Below are positions 43,502 through 60,469 of a stretch of 64,000 nucleotides of DNA, piece by piece; the first letter of the stretch is position 1; each line of letters opens with the position of its first letter. Made by a program: the position numbers and the translations under genes. Origin of the DNA: Octopus vulgaris (lineage: Eukaryota). Below the pieces are notes generated by a model. The model worked only from the letters and a program-made list of their open reading frames with translations, had not been told where the DNA came from and searched no databases. The stretch covers positions 7,936,001-8,000,000 of the forward strand of contig OX597825.1 of assembly GCA_951406725.2 (NCBI GenBank), read 5' to 3'.

Positions 43502-43660
43502 GACGGGTTTTTTTCAGTTTCCGCCTTTCAAATCCACTCACAAAGCTTTGGTCGGCGCGAGGATATAGAAGACACCTACCCAAGGTGCTACGCTGTGGGA
43601 CTGAACCCGGAGCCACGTGGTTGGTAAGCAAGTTACTTACCATATAGTCACTTCCGCGCC
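43378..43660 (-). mobile_element. SINE family A lacking its 3' tail
   Basis: Reverse-complement match to the head and middle of family A. Confidence 0.88.
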
Positions 43661-45318
43661 TTTGTCCTGATATTTCCAAATTTCATAGATTACTACAGCT
43701 GCTGCGTACATTCACTGCTGAAATAGGAACATTATTGCCGAGAAAATCAGTATTTAATATAAGAATACTTATTAATTAACTGAATTGAAATGAGGAAGCC
43801 ATTTTATTGGGAACTAAAATTGACATAATGTTGATCAATGAAAACAGTTTCTTATTATAGAGCTTTTGAGGGAGAATTGATTGCTATTTCTTTTAAATGA
43901 AGCTGTGGCCTATATCAGGAGAATACGAATTTCGAACCCGTCCCGCTCAATCATTAAAAATGTTGCTTAATGTACTACTTCATAGCATTGAAAATTATTT
44001 ATCAACAATGCCTCGTTTATGGTTTAAAATATCCTACAAAGACAGCACGGTACAGGAAAAAGATATGCACCACCACTTCTGCACTTTCGTATCCTAGTCA
44101 GTCGAACTTTTAATCTTCTAGTATTAGAAATAATTTCTCTAAAATATAGAGAGAAACAGTAGCAGCTCCAACACAGCTTTGTCTTTTGTAATTATTTGTC
44201 CAACAGTTTTTTTTTCTGCAAGGACAGACAGTTCTGTAGATAGAATTTCTACACTGGCTTCTTAAATAAGCTATAAATCTGACATCAGCTCACACCAGCA
44301 ACCAACTGATATATCTGTTATTAGCTTTATTTCTTTAATTGACAGATTTCACCGACTTTGCTGACCAGTCACTTAAGCTTGTCAGCAATAACTATGTTTA
44401 TTTTGATGTCATAGGAATAAAGAGTAACTTTTCAACATTACTTCTTGAATTTACCTCGATGTTTGTCAGCTTCAAAGCATTTCTCGGTACTTTGTTCCTC
44501 TGTTGATATATTTCGAGATCTAAGTGGCATTCCGTCTGGTTATTTTTAGATAGTGTTTAACGTTAGAGAGAGAAATGAAGCAAGAGGGAGACAGATATAG
44601 AAATTATGTCAGTTAAGGTGACAGAGGAGGATGAATGAAGTCAAATAAAATGATAACTGATTAAATTAATGCTAGCCGAAGGTAACGTAAACTTAAAAGA
44701 GTCCGTAGAGTGTTTTACGTTTTCTTAAGCTACACTCAGTCTATAGATTTGATGTTTAACCCTTGCTACTGCAGTTGCCGGTGTTAATAATAGAAAATGC
44801 GTGAAATACGAAGCGACCTCTTTAAGACCGTGGAATGCAGAGTATATGTTGGATTAAATATCGAACTTTATCTTGTAATTCTTAGCACATAATCCATTTT
44901 AATTTAAACTTAATAAAAGAGGCAGAAGTGAGATGTAGAAAGAGATTTAAAAAAATACTGAAAATGTGTGAGAGGAAAGGAAGAAAGAATGGTAGGCAGA
45001 GAAATTAAATATTGTTAGTGGAATTAAATGAAACACAGTGTCGAAGTAGATACATTGTTAGTAGTGTTGTTTCTGTGACTAACATCATCATTATACTCTT
45101 CCTCATCGTCTCCATTTTCCCGTTACACAGTATTTCAAACATGCATATATAAACAGCAATGAATTAAAGATTTTCCTGAAACTTCTAACGTGAAGCTTAG
45201 CGGAGAAAATGTTTACAGAATTGATATTGGACTCCTAAAGGCACTAGACTGATCCAGAAACGTATTGCATATTCTTGAGCAAATATTAGAGAAAAATAGC
45301 AGCACCAACACCACCATA

Positions 45319-46830
<1,512 letters not shown>

Positions 46831-47765
46831 CGGATGGTTGTATCTGTAAAAGGTAAATTACTCAATGAAATATTTCATATTGAAATAAATGTAAGAGTCA
46901 ACATGGGAAGTGAATCTCCGAGAATTAATGAAGATCTATTAAAGATAAGACCCATCTAGAAAGGTTTATCTACATACATGTCTTTTCCTCGCGAGAGGCG
47001 AATTTTATTCGCTTGGAGAATAAAACTGAGCAGATGTCTAAAGCCCAGACCCTCCAAAAAAGATCAGATTTAATGGAAAAATACCCATCAAAATTAGAAT
47101 AATTGAACTGAATCAAAAATAAATCCTACGATAAACATAATTTTCTAAAAAAAATTGTCTATGAAGGATAAGATATCTGTGTTTAGTTTACGAAACAAAA
47201 ATACAATTAAAAACAGAATATGTTCGTTGACTACATTGGCAAATATATAGATCATTGGAGAGTTACAAGGTTTTGGGTGTTAGAATTTAACGTTTGGGAT
47301 TAGAATATAGGGTTTGTGTTGGTGTAAAGTATTAAGGTTTATTTTTTTAGAAGTGTTAAAATCATGACGAAGAATTTTGATAATTTTCTATTTTAAATTA
47401 CTTTCTTTGAAAATGCCTCTTCTTCACGAGCTTTCACATCATAGCATTGAATATTTCAAATAATGGATGATAAACTATTTCTTTCGTTTCATTGTTTCTG
47501 AATGCTGCTCTTTCTTGTGTGCTTCAGGTAAGATTAAATATTTTTGTCTTCGATATAATAATTTCCATTTAGTGCCCGAACGGGATTTAGTTTCCTTTTA
47601 ACTGTTGTAATAGCGTATTTTTGTACATTGTTGTAAATGTTAGCAATGAGCACATAGAATTTAATTTTGCTGTAGGAGTAACATGATCAATATAACACCG
47701 AGTAAGAGGGGATGAAAATTCGGGTAGAATTAGAGACAAAGATATCATGACGTAGTTATGCGGAC

Positions 47766-47860
47766 CTCTCCCATTCAAACGCAGACCCTCTTCCTTTCAA
47801 AACGCACACCGCTCCCATTCAAAACGCAGACCACTCCCGATCAAAATGCAGACGTTCTCC
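47766..47860. repeat. ~22-bp minisatellite (CTCCCATTCAAAACGCAGACCN) x~4
   Basis: Direct. Confidence 0.85.
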
Positions 47861-47963
47861 TTCTAAAGGAGGGGATTCAGGGATCAATAGAGGCTGGCGT
47901 AGCTACGATGGTGTTTTGTAGAAAAGAAAATGTAAGAGGATGATCTAATAAAACAAAAAACTT

Positions 47964-48048
<85 letters not shown>

Positions 48049-48823
48049 ATTTCGGTTAAATTGTGGGTGTACGTATCTTAGAGCATCAACACTTAAAGTG
48101 TAATCTCTATTCTCTTGTGATTTCAACAATTTCGTTTAGTTTTTCAGATTCCATCCACCAAACCCTCCAACGCGGGTTTGGCTGTAAATCAGCTCTCCTG
48201 CAAAGAAGATTAGATTCTTTCGTAACAAGGTCTACATTGGTTAATACTGAGATAGATCACCGTACCGTTTCCTTCAAATGTTTTACATTGTTTAAGTAAT
48301 CTGTAAGGCTATACGCCATGTATATAAATATAAATATATATATATATCTTTGTATTAAGATGTATGTATATGTAAATAGATATTTGTATGTATATATAAA
48401 TATGAGTTACTTCATAGCTATGTTAACAGAAATATATAAAAGAAAAACCAACTATAAAAATAGTTTAGATGTTACAAAAAAATCCCTTAGTTTTACATCT
48501 TGGTTGCTGTACGAAGTAATACTTCTGGGGTTTCGTTATTTCCTGTAAGAAGGAAAAAGGACATTTTTGATTTGTGTAAATCTGCAAGTGATATGATTGC
48601 TGACTGATGTATGTTTTTTGTCCGTGCTATGAATAACATTTGATAGCATGAGATAAGAACGCTTAAGATAGACATGATAAAGATACATTCATCATCCCCA
48701 CCCCATATGTGTATACATAATATACGCGCCAATATATACATACACACACACACACACACATATATATATATGTATATTTATATACATATGCATATATATA
48801 TACATATATATGTATGTATATAC

Positions 48824-48877
<54 letters not shown>

Positions 48878-48972
48878 GCATATATGGGTTCAGGACGTCA
48901 CCAACGGTTCAAACAACATGAAATACGTAAACAAACGAGTTAAATACGTAAACAACGAGAAAAATGTGTAAG

Positions 48973-49029
<57 letters not shown>

Positions 49030-49143
49030 CTATATATATACATATATATATATACATATGTATATATATATGTGTGTATATGTACATGTATATATATATG
49101 TACACATATATAGATATATGGATGAATGCTTGCGTGTGTATGC

Positions 49144-49221
<78 letters not shown>

Positions 49222-49384
49222 ACAAGTATATGGAGGCACACATGTATAGATACCTAGTTGTGGTGGTGTAGAAGGCAGAAAGAGAGCTCAATACCATGTA
49301 GATTTTACATGTATTGCTAATGACTTCATGTAGCAAGACAGAATGTGCTTTGTGTATGCATGTATACACACTCACACACACACA

Positions 49385-49439
<55 letters not shown>

Positions 49440-50286
49440 ACAGAGGCACACAATCACACACATATATTAGACAGAAAGAAAGAAAGAAAGAAAGAAAGAA
49501 AGGAAACAGAAAGAAACGAAGAAAGAGTGAGAGAGGATCTGAAAATGACTAAAAGTTGACCAATGTCGTTTTGCATCAATAGGGTTTAGAAATCAGGAGA
49601 GTTGTGTTTGCTGGAAAAGAAATGGCACTCTGCTGCTCTGGTTATCTTTCTTATATTCCGGCGATGTGCAATTTTAGCAATAAAATTGGGCGGTGTGTGT
49701 TTTGTCAGGTGTTGATAGGGTGGGCCTATATTTACAAATGGCAGGCTTCATTGGGAGATATATGGTAGGAAATAGAAATCGCACAGATAATAGTAAAAAT
49801 AAATATATTGCATGAAGTACTTTTTACGTCTTCCCTGTTTAGCTATGGCGTAATTCACGCAGCTTATCTCACAGACAAAGAACGGAGCTGACGTGTGATG
49901 GCTATGGTGATGGCGATGGCGAAAGGAAACGGCGATTGGGAATTCAGATTGTCATGTGTTAATATGCTAGATTTTGCAATCTGTTACATATAAAGTTGGA
50001 GATATCAAGGCATAAATACATCTTTATATAAATATACATATGTTCCCCTCTATTTTTTCATTCTTCCTGCCCACTTTTCTATCTATCATTCTTTCTCTCT
50101 TTTGACTTGTCTGTCTATATAAATATATATATATATATATATGCCTGTTATACATATACACATACACTCAAATTCATATACTGCCCAAATATATTCAACT
50201 ATATGTTTGTTCATATTTGCATGCGTACTAATGTACCTATATATGTGTATATATATATTTATACCCTCACACAGACACAGACACAG

Positions 50287-50349
<63 letters not shown>

Positions 50350-52407
50350 CACTGAGCCCCCCCCCCCAAAAAAAAAAAATTAGTATAGTTCTCACCAGGT
50401 GGGCATCTTCTCAAGAGAAGGTTATGGACTAAACGTTTCGGATATTTTATATAACGTGATATATATTTAAATACTATAACTCCGATTTAATCTAAATTTC
50501 AGACCAACCTAGTATTGCCAGCCCGCTTTGAAAACAATTCATTTAAAATTTTAATTGAATACATTAAATTCATAATTGAATCGTTATATTTAAAGTTTTT
50601 AAATATAAAGAATTCAGTCGATTTTAATTATGTACAATTCCAATAAACATAAGCAAAGCTGATTACTGCTCCTAGCGCACATAAACGCATGCGCACATGT
50701 ATGAGGAGACACAGACATATGCGTACATACATATTTACACACTTACACACACATACATATCCTATTAACTGCAAGATCAAGTGCTTGTTCTTTTCTACGT
50801 TTTCCTTATGTAGAGTCAAATAAGTTTCATTATTAATAAATCTCTCGTTTTTAATTTTTAGAAAATATTAGCTGCTTCAACTGGAATTTCATATCATTTT
50901 CTGGATTTTTCACGTGACTTGGAAATGTATGTATGCATATATGTATGTATGTATGCATATATGTATGTATGTATGCATATATGTATGTATGCATGCATGT
51001 ATATATGTATGTATATATTTGTATCTCACTGTACGTGTTATTCTGTGCAAGCATGAACGTGAATTTTTCTGTAAACACACACACACACACAAACACATAA
51101 ATTATAACTTTTAAAGGTTAAAAGCTTTATAACGAATACATTTACATTAACACTTTGAAACTATACTTTAAGAAATTTATCAGGTATAAAAACCAGTATG
51201 TATATAAAAGTTTATAAAAATATGTTACGGATTAAAATCACAACTTAAACATGCTGAAATAAAAGGAGAAATAATTTGAAATGATCTTAATAATCAAATG
51301 TGTCATTTGTCATATCGGTTTCGCAATAATAGCTAAACCTAAAACTCTTATTACGAATAATAATATTATATATAACACTGATAATACCCTAAAATGTAGC
51401 ATACTTGAGGGAGATATATATAACAGATCCAGTTTAAACTTAGATATCTTAGTAATAACACAGCAACAGCCATTTTACAAAGGGTCATGTAGGGAACGGA
51501 CGCAACTCTAAAATATGTTGTATGTGTGCGTCAGAGGCGACTGCTGTTGTATTAATGTTTGTAATGTACCGCCTTTACCAAATCACAAAACTTTATGAAG
51601 ATATACAGCGGTAAAGCTGTCAACTTTATGCGCAGATACTTAGCGCACCTGCGCTCCTTTAAATATAGCAAACAGAATAAATCTTCAAATTTTCCAATTT
51701 CTTCACAAATATAAATTTAGTGCTTTGAATTTCTCAACTTAAGTATCTGCCACATAAAACAGAAGTACTTCATAAGCCTACTTACTTAATTTAATTTAAT
51801 TTAAACCGTAACGCATCACTTTATTCGTCATCTTTCACTTCACTATCACTTAATATACCTATCTGATATCTTTATTCCCTTCCCCTCTTCTGAATGTATC
51901 ATTTATTCGAACTCTGTACGAGTCCATATTACCTAATTCGTAATTTTACAATCCATTCTGATTGTAATTACAACGACTTAATTAGATATTATTCTCTAGC
52001 GCTCACTTAACATATTTTAGTAACCACTTTAGATATTCTGTGATGATAGACTAACTTAAAGAACTGTGTGATCCTACTCCTTAGCTACACGTATAATATT
52101 CACAGAAATTATAATTTTAAACATTATTTCCTTATTGTTCTAATAAATAATTTCCTTATTTTGGCAACTATCAGGAAACACATACACTTACGGCGCTCTC
52201 GGATCCCATTCTAGCTACATGGTTTTCAATTTTAGACTACAATTACTTCTAGAATTTCCGGCATCTACCTCTGTATTTAACTCTTTCCTTCCCACAAAAA
52301 TCGCACTGCCCTCCATAGATTAACAGCTGTAGAGAGTTGATGTCCTTCATCTCGTACGTAATTCCCACCCTCATTGGCTCTCTGGCTAACTGAGGATTCT
52401 AATATCA

Positions 52408-52720
52408 AGGTGCGCGGCTTAGTGGTTAAAATATTTGGCTCACGATCGTATGGTCAGGAGTTCGATTACCGGCGGTGTCTTGAGCAAAGCACTTTATTTC
52501 ACGTTGCTTCAGTCCACTCAGCTGGCGAAAAGGAATAGTACCTGTATTGCAAACGATCATCCTTTTCACACTCTGTGTTACAATAAATCTCCCTCAGAAC
52601 TACATTAAGGCTACGCGTGTCTGTGGAACGTTCAGCCTCTTGCATGTTAATTTTACGAGCATGCTGTTCCATTGATCGGACCAAGTGGAGCCCTCGTAGT
52701 CGTAGCCGACGGAGTACTAA
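52408..52720 (+). mobile_element. SINE family C (tRNA-derived)
   Basis: GGCTTAGTGGTTA A box, GAGTTCGATTACC B box, central CTTGAGCAAAGCACTTTATTTCACGTTGCTTCAGTCCACTCAGCTG. Confidence 0.75.
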
Positions 52721-52977
52721 TTCAATGTTAATTCACTTACCCATTTACTATCACCATCATGCATATAGCTTTCCCCATACCATACAACTCATGTTCCTAG
52801 TTGACTACCCATATAGGCACCGGTCATTCTTTTCTATCTATACTCCTCTATCACAAGAAATGTATGTATCTACATATTCCTTGCGATCAGTCTTCGGTTC
52901 TCTTTGTCCTCATAGTATTATTAGCTTGTTTTCGCTACCTGTTATACTTTATACACTTCACTAGACCTTACACTGTG

Positions 52978-53300
52978 TGAAGACGCGTGGCTCAATGGTA
53001 AAAGCATCGGATTCACAATCACGAGATAGTGAGTTCGATTCTTGGACTGGGCTGTGTTATGTTCTTGAGCAAGCCGCTTTATTTCACGATGCTCCAGTTC
53101 ACTCAGCTGTAGAAATTGGTTGCGACGTCACTGGTGCGAAGCTGTATCAACCTTTGCCTTTCCCTTGGACAACATCTGTGGCGTGGAGAGAGGACGCTGG
53201 TATGCATGTGCGACTTCTGGTTCCCATAAACAATTTCGCCCGAACTTGTACCTCGGTGAGGCTATTTCTATGTCCAATCCAATGGTCATCCAAAACCGAC
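52978..53300 (+). mobile_element. SINE related to family C (same central domain, different tail)
   Basis: TGGCTCAATGGTA A box, GAGTTCGATTC B box, CTTGAGCAAG..TTTATTTCACGATGCTCCAGTTCACTCAGCTG; its tail recurs near 59985-60050. Confidence 0.75.
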
Positions 53301-53895
53301 GGGATCTTTCTCCGTTTCAGTATTTTACACAAGTAGTAAACTAAAGCTCTCTGTTAAAGATCTAATTCTTTCCTTCTCCAATAGTCGAGTAGAACGCTAT
53401 TCTACGGACAGCTACCATTCGTTCGCAGGTCGTAGAGTGTAGGCATATGGAAACTCGGTTGTTACGTCTATGAGGTAGAGTAAGCACGCAGATTGAGATG
53501 TGCATTATGTCCTTGAAGGTATAAGCGAGCGTACATAAACACAAACATTTGGTTATATTTGACTATCCATGTCAGCAAAAAGCAATAGAAAACCTCCCAA
53601 AGGAGAGTTAGATTAAAGTGAGGTAAAGAATAAAAATATCTGTGTGAGAATCATTAGACATTTTTACTAGCCATGCCATACTAAAACACATCCATTCTCT
53701 AGTTTTTAGGAAATAATTTATTATCTCATTGAATTCCTGTCGGTCTACTTGTTTCAAATCGTGTTTATTATTTTTTTTTTCTCGTGAAAGATGATTTTTT
53801 CTTTTAGTTTCCTAATTAAATATAGTGCCAAAACATTCGGGTTGGCGAGGGAGACCACCATTACCACAGCCGTAAAATCAACAATCGCAAATGCT

Positions 53896-53998
53896 GCTAC
53901 TGCTACTACTACTACCAGTACCACCACGACCACCTACTATTACTACTACCACCAACACAACCACCACCGCCACCACCACCACCACCACCACCACCACC

Positions 53999-54051
<53 letters not shown>

Positions 54052-54225
54052 CACCACAACCACCACCGCAACCACCACAACCACCACCGCAACCACCACC
54101 ACCATCACCTACTACTACTACTACTACCACCACAACAACCACCACCGCAACCACCACCACCACCACCTACTATTACTACTACCACCAACACAACCACCAC
54201 CGCCACCACCACCACCACCACCACC

Positions 54226-54278
<53 letters not shown>

Positions 54279-54364
54279 AACAACCACCACCGCAACCACC
54301 ACCACCACCACCTACTACTACTACTACTACTACTACTACAACTACTACTACCACCACTACCACC

Positions 54365-54397
<33 letters not shown>

Positions 54398-54464
54398 AAC
54401 CACCACCACCGCCGCCGCAACCACCACAACCACCACCACCGCCGCCGCAACCACCACCACCACC

Positions 54465-54527
<63 letters not shown>

Positions 54528-54652
54528 ACTGGTACCATTATTACTGCCTCTGCTGCTACTACTCTACAAATAATAATAACAATAACAACAACAACAATAA
54601 CAATAATGATAATAGAACTTTCAGCTGCGTTTACTGCTACTCCTCTCTTCTT

Positions 54653-54690
<38 letters not shown>

Positions 54691-54750
54691 TGTTTTCTTC
54701 TACTTCTTCTTCTACTACAACTACTACTACTTCTTCTTCTTCTTCTTCTT

Positions 54751-54800
<50 letters not shown>
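53896..54800. repeat. Compound (ACT/ACC)n microsatellite with higher-order duplication
   Basis: CCTACTATTACTACTACCACCAACACAACCACCACCGCC occurs at ~53933 and ~54165. Confidence 0.9.
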
Positions 54801-54802
<2 letters not shown>

Positions 54803-55406
54803 GAGAACTGTAGCTGCTGCTGCCCTTCATGTTGTTGCCACGAATGCTATGTACACTGCCCGATTGTCATGGTTGTTGTTTGTTTTAGTTATCAGGTAAG
54901 AAGAAATAACGGCAAAAAATGTTTATTTTTGAATGGATATACTTTGACGTATCCAGTTAAATTTATTATCTTTTTACATCCCGTTCTCGGATATAAATCT
55001 TTTTAGTAACACACAGCAGTCATGGAGAGAATATATTATAGATAAAGCGAAGTAGTAATTTTGTAATTTTAAAATGGTGTTCATAAACTAGAGATATTTC
55101 CCAAAGAACAGCACCACCTATTACGTGCACCCACAAAGAGTGTGCGTATGTGTTTATATATGTATATATGTGTGTGTGCGTGCGTGTGTTAGTGTATTTT
55201 TATATACATATGTGTATATTTGTCAAAGATTCATGGAAGTATATGTGTGCGTGTGTATGTATATACGGCACTATCGATCAACCAATCGGATGTGGCTGTA
55301 GATCGTTGCTCACATTGAGCTTCCTCGCATTTGCATCGCAATGTGGGCACACACATACATGCATACACACACATATATAAAATTACATACATATACATAC
55401 GTACAT

Positions 55407-55449
<43 letters not shown>

Positions 55450-55964
55450 GTACACACACACACATACATACGTACGAACATATACATATAAATGTCTAAA
55501 ACTGTGGAAGTAAAGAGGCGAATGAAAAAGCGGATGGTAATGCCTAATGTTACGATCGTTTCAACACGCGCTACTATTAACACCATTTTTAATGCACTGA
55601 TGTATCATTTTTACGGATCTTGATCATTATATGCCGCTTTAAATTTTAAAAGCACTGTTGTATCATTAATAATCGACTTACCAAGGCGGTGCCCTAGTAT
55701 GGCTGTGGCCTAATGATTATAACCAATAATAAATGAAGGGTGGATATATTTAGTTTCTTCCTCTTGCGGCCATATTTTACATTCGATGTTGTGTTGGGAC
55801 TCAGCATTTCTGCTCAACGTTCATAACTACTAAAGCTGGGGGAAACGTTTATGCAATGGCCTAAAGAAAAGACCTTGTATAACCAAAGCTACCTGAAATC
55901 TGTAAATATTCTTTAACCAAATGCATTTGGTGCTATTGGCTTTGTTGTTATTATTTAGATTAGT

Positions 55965-56170
55965 AAAACGCGACGAAATGGTAGAATCGTTAGCACGCCG
56001 AGCTAATGCTTAGTGGCATTTCATCCGTATGTACGTTCTCAGTTTCGAATTCCACAGAGGTCTACTTTGCCTTTCATCATTTCGGGGTCATTAAAATAAG
56101 TACCAGTAGAGTTCTTGGGTCAATGCAATCGACTTACACCCACCGAAATCGCTGGTCTTGTGCCAAAATT
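55965..56170 (+). mobile_element. SINE family B, diverged
   Basis: AGAATCGTTAGCACGCCG head and central domain. Confidence 0.8.
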
Positions 56171-56704
56171 TATTCATTCTGTTCCTTGAGAATCTCATGC
56201 CTTTAGGAAGGCTACCTACATTGCAGACAATTATGAGATTGTGAAAGCGAACTGCCATCTCTTTGATGTTCTGCTTTAATCTGCAAATTCCTTTCTTTCT
56301 CAAAATAACTATACATACATCGAATAAACTTGTCGACCTCTTCCCCTGACTGCACGAAGTCACTAGTGATTTTGTACTAGATCCAAGAAAATGGTCAGAT
56401 ATGTCGCTTATCTTCATTATCCATCTACTCAAATAATTCCTGGATCGGATGAACAAATGCCATCTAGTTTATTGCTCGGAAATTCTCACAATATAAACAG
56501 CAACATGTAGTGATCTGACGAGATAATTGAGGTAACCACGTTATTTATTTAATTAATTATTACACAGATATACAGAGTTGTTTTTGTGTACAAACATGTG
56601 TCTATGGCGATGAAATTGTTTATATAGCCATTGAAACGCGTAAATTTTGTTGAATTTATCCGCTGCCATCTTTTTTCGTTACTTTCGCTTCTTTACTATG
56701 TGTA

Positions 56705-56807
<103 letters not shown>

Positions 56808-56981
56808 CTATGTTTACTTAGGAGTGTGGATATTAATGTGCGTGAGTAAATCGGTGAACACTTATGTGTACAAGGTTTTCGCTGTTTCAGCTATCCATAT
56901 TTGCCTATTTAGTCGATAAGAGAGTGTGTATGCAAGCAAATTTGGTTTTGAATATATACATATATACATATATATACATAC

Positions 56982-57084
<103 letters not shown>

Positions 57085-58821
57085 GTATGCTTATTCATAT
57101 TTTTTTGATTATCACGCATTTGGGAAACAATAGACTACTGAATGCAAACGTATAGATAAATTGTCTGGATATCTGTTTATGAAAGCAATAAATAACCAGA
57201 GAATTTATATTATCTACCGACAATTATTTTTCTTCTCTGTATGATTCAGCGATAATTGTTTGCCCTAAGTTCTTGTCGTTTTATGTATATTATAATTTCT
57301 TTGATAACTGCTTGCACGGAATCCTTCTAAATACGCCATTCATAATCCGAGTGCTGGATTATCTAAATGCTACTACTGATAACATCAAACGCAATTGTTA
57401 TGTTTCTTTCATTGTATATATTGTTAAATGCATCAAAGCGTATGCGTTTTTGAATCTGGCCCCCGGAAAAAGGTTTCCACTGTTATACACACACAGGCCT
57501 TCAACCCTCTTAAGAATAAATTATGAAAAGCCTTCCCTTTATGACGATTCAACCGTTGAATCTATTCTAATGTAAGACTATCATATGCCTTGAAATCAGT
57601 TTCAGAAAATACCGAAACCTAACAGCGTGTACGATTGAATCAGGCTGAAACAGAATAACACGTTTGAGAATTTATTAGTAAAGGATTTCGATATGAATTC
57701 CTATACACACAATACATATGTATGTTATTATTTAGTTTATTTCAAGGTTTCTTGCCAACACAGAAAGTGCCGGTTTCTAACAGATAACCATGGAATTTCA
57801 GCAATATCAACCGGGTATTTTTACACAATTCTGTGTGTGTGCTCTGTTTGTACATGTTTATATATGTATGTCTTGTTTTATATATATATTCCCATGCATC
57901 ACGTTGCATGTCTAGACATGCACACATTTACTTAAATACAAATATTCTGGAAAGTTTTATAGAATTTTATAGTTCCATTCATGGCTTGAATGTTTAATCT
58001 ACGTATTAGCTTTCTTCTCTCTGGTTTTGAGAAAATTAATTTCTCAAGATTGGTGGTCGTGAGATGTGCTGAGATTAAAAGAAGCTAAAGAGGTAGAAAG
58101 CAAAAGCCGTGGTAAGAAAAGGAAGTCACTAATTGTGCACCGGGGATATGAAGGTAGGGAGAGATGGGCGTGCTGGTGTAGTACAAACTGATACTAATAG
58201 ACACACATACACACTCACTCACACACATGCACACACACACACACTATTTATAATACGAACATACGCAAATGCAAAAGCATGTATTGTGCATACGTGTGCA
58301 CGTATGCATACTTGCTAGCATAAGCTCAACCATGGCCTTTTGACGAAGAAATCACAAAGCTAGAGTCTTGCATTTGCTCGTATATCCTTAAAACAGTTAA
58401 CCATAATGCCGTTGTATATTTTTTATTACATTTTCAGAATCAATATGCTATATATTTCTGAAAGAAACTTTTACCTAAATCTATCGTGATATACTAAGAT
58501 ATCCGAGACAGAAAGATTTAAATCATAATTTAATGCCTTTCACCCATTTTATTTATTGGCGTTTGTTCCTGATACTAGCCAAAAATAATCGTCATTGCTG
58601 CCTTGTGTAGGTATATTTATACACTGTTGTTTTAGCTTGGTGTGAGTATACTCAAAGATGAGATCTAACAGAGCCAAACGTGTCCATAGTTGTCTGGCTG
58701 CGAACAAAATTAAACTGAATTGGAACTTCGAGGAAATTCAACCCTAAATAAACTGTGAGAAATAAACTAAAATTACTTGAAATTTTCTCTCATTTTCGTT
58801 TGGAACTCGACGACTGTGTTA

Positions 58822-59025
58822 TAAGAGAGGCTGCTGAAAGGTTCCTGGCTTTAAGGGTGTCGTGGATGTCTGGTTGGAAGTTCAGCTTTCTGAGTTCTTT
58901 TACAGACCCGAGCAAAACTGAAGGACCGCTGCAATAATTGCAGTATGTTGCATCAAATTATAATGAACCGATCCTCTCGTATTTTCTTTTGCTCAAATCA
59001 AGGAACTTTTCAGCACTCCTTCGTA
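58822..59025 (+). mobile_element. Mariner-derived MITE with TIRs
   Basis: Imperfect TIRs TAAGAGAGGCTGCTGAAAGGTTCCTGGCTTT / AAATCAAGGAACTTTTCAGCACTCCTTCGTA with TA ends. Confidence 0.75.
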
Positions 59026-59268
59026 ATTTCCTTCATTTCTTTTTTTTTTTTTTTTTTCAGTACAGAGGCAAATTTCAAATAATTATGTATTGTTTATGCA
59101 CAACATTTGAAAGGATAACCTGTAAATATGTGTGCAGATGTAATAAAACAAATCGTTAATCGCGTTATTGAATTAGCCAATGTGGTAAAAACACGAGACT
59201 AAATCTGCACAACAAATAGGGGAGCAGTTGAACTAGTATTATACCGAGAGAGAGAGAGGGGGAGAAGG

Positions 59269-59304
<36 letters not shown>

Positions 59305-59719
59305 AGAGAGATATAGTGATGAGGGTGAGAAAGAGAAGGAGAGCAACAGAGAGAGTTAGAGATTATTTTAGAGGTAATTATGAAATATGTTATCTCAATA
59401 GGTGCTAATTTCATTTCGCAGTAAGGCTAAAGTTGTGTTTTATTAAACGTAGTATGTAAACGTATTTCCAATTAATTCACACATGCGCTTTATCAGCACT
59501 TAAGTTAATTATTTCGTTAGTAGCAAATGTAATAGTATGCAAATTAGTAACATTGGCGCCTGGTACTAATAGCATTTTTCGTAAGTTGCTTCCTGTATTT
59601 CAAAGAATCGAATAGAAATGGTTGAGAAGTCGGCCCAAACACAGATGGAAGCAGTCACGATAGTTTCGCCAGTTAGTCTGTTAAAAGGCGAGGGAGCGAG
59701 TGAGTGAGTAAGAAAGGAA

Positions 59720-59786
<67 letters not shown>

Positions 59787-59849
59787 AATCCATTTTATTC
59801 AAAGGGTTTATTTAGACTGAGGCAAAAATTATTTCTATTAAGTGCATGC

Positions 59850-59910
<61 letters not shown>

Positions 59911-59914
59911 GCGT

Positions 59915-59945
<31 letters not shown>

Positions 59946-59952
59946 ATATATA

Positions 59953-59984
<32 letters not shown>

Positions 59985-60076
59985 TTCGGTGGCGTGGAGA
60001 GGGGAGATGCAGATCGAACCGTCTCATAAACATACTGCCCGAAACGGTTGTGACTTCTGGTACTGTGTTTTTGTCC

Positions 60077-60124
<48 letters not shown>

Positions 60125-60288
60125 TCGTTAATTTGCTTCAGGACAGTTAATACAATGGATTTAAGTATTTCGTCATAATATTTGTCTAGATTAGAAATGT
60201 GAATTAGGAATTTACAAACAAAAGAAATGGTGCGCTTAACACAAATAGCTAAATATTTTCGTTGCTTACTTAATAGGAATTTCTTGCC

Positions 60289-60331
<43 letters not shown>

Positions 60332-60343
60332 AATATACATATA

Positions 60344-60386
<43 letters not shown>

Positions 60387-60435
60387 CAATTAAGGACAAC
60401 TATATATATATATATAAGTGTGTGTGAGTGTGTGT

Positions 60436-60469
<34 letters not shown>

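Noticed and set aside
50425-50460. CCGAAACGTT motif suggesting another hammerhead (also GAAACGGTT near 60040)
   Set aside because: No YYGANRA core or pairing stems found at the proper distance.
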